From: Camelus dromedarius
Taxonomy: Eukaryota
Length of the DNA: 64,000 nt
NCBI RefSeq assembly: GCF_036321535.1
Contig: NC_087437.1
Span: 68,264,001-68,328,000 of the forward strand
Reading direction: 5' to 3'
Position numbers and translations under genes: made by a program. Below the pieces are notes generated by a model. The model did not search any database, was not told the origin of the DNA, and saw only the letters and a list, made by a program, of their open reading frames with translations. Position 1 is the stretch's first letter, and every line of letters starts with the position of its first letter. This document shows positions 63,271-64,000 of the stretch, one piece after another.

Positions 63271-64000
63271 ATAACCTGTTACAGAAATCGACCCAGTTCC
63301 TGGCACAGAGACTATCTCTTTGGCAGTTTTGGATACTTTAGTGTTTTCTGGTCCCTTGGTTTCCCTCTTCTACAGCTCAGGCTAATCTTTCTCACTTTAT
63401 TCAGCTCTTCTCTGGACAAGATGCCCAATATTTGCTTGGAATCCAGCTTATTAAATTTCAATCAAACTGCTGCATTACTTTCTCTAGTTCACCTTGATGG
63501 AAGTTTTATAGAATTCTCAAACCTCTTTGTTCACATGTTTATAAATATCATGACCTGGTTTTCTGCTAGAGGTAGCCAGTGCACACACATTAATTATTTC
63601 TGTATCCACCTAGTTTCATTCTCAGAGGTCAACCCTGTTTCCTAGTCCTCAGTGGATTCTGCACAACTCATCCCTGGGTGCCACCCACGTCTGTAAAATC
63701 CAGAATTCTTGGAATCTCTTCAAACTCTCCTCCTGTACAACCTGTTAAATAATCACCTCTCTCATTCTTGCTCAGATCCCAGAATTGCCAACTAGGCAAA
63801 ACTTTTCATTTCCCAGGGAAGTTACTGAAAAGAATCTGACTGGAGGAGTCCCTAGCCTGGGGTCCAGGCATGCAAAGTCAAATTTTTCTGTGATTTGTTT
63901 GCATACAAAAAAGAGGTGGTGAAATCCCCTGATTGGTGCCTTCTATGATATTCTGCTACTGCTTGCTGGGTGATTAAGGAAAGAATAATTCCTTAGTTTG

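Noticed and set aside
46..63645. Supplied six-frame ORFs (60-145 aa) as protein-coding genes
   Set aside because: Lengths are what chance gives. Many begin at non-ATG codons or lie in LTR, L1, SINE or microsatellite sequence, and none resembles a protein family I recognise.
63208..63645. Longest ORF (145 aa)
   Set aside because: It starts inside a MIR, has Leu/Phe/Ser-rich low-information composition, and shows no recognisable domain.

Overview
This is AT-rich, CpG-depleted mammalian genomic DNA, most likely camelid (alpaca or camel). The assignment rests on three tRNA-derived SINEs resembling the camelid Vic-1 type and on the L1 3' ends. The window looks intronic or intergenic and is dominated by interspersed repeats: L1 3' ends, L2, CR1/L3, MIR, MaLR/ERVL/ERV1 solo LTRs, hAT MITEs and microsatellites. 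None of the supplied ORFs resembles a protein I recognise. There are no rRNA genes, real tRNA genes, CRISPR arrays or prokaryotic features, and I cannot support a novel multi-gene system. The most notable structures are: (1) a 5'-inverted (twin-primed) L1 with TSDs at 14143-14518; (2) an ERV1 LTR inserted antiparallel into another LTR of the same family at 44914-45813; (3) a ~98-bp diverged direct repeat at 29299 and 30500; (4) a few isolated candidate exons (+ strand 36789-36861; - strand 17527-17619 and 9290-9363); (5) CpG-retaining or hairpin-forming unique segments that may be conserved non-coding elements. Repeat family names come from recalled consensus similarity, not from a database search. 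Boundaries of old repeats are approximate.
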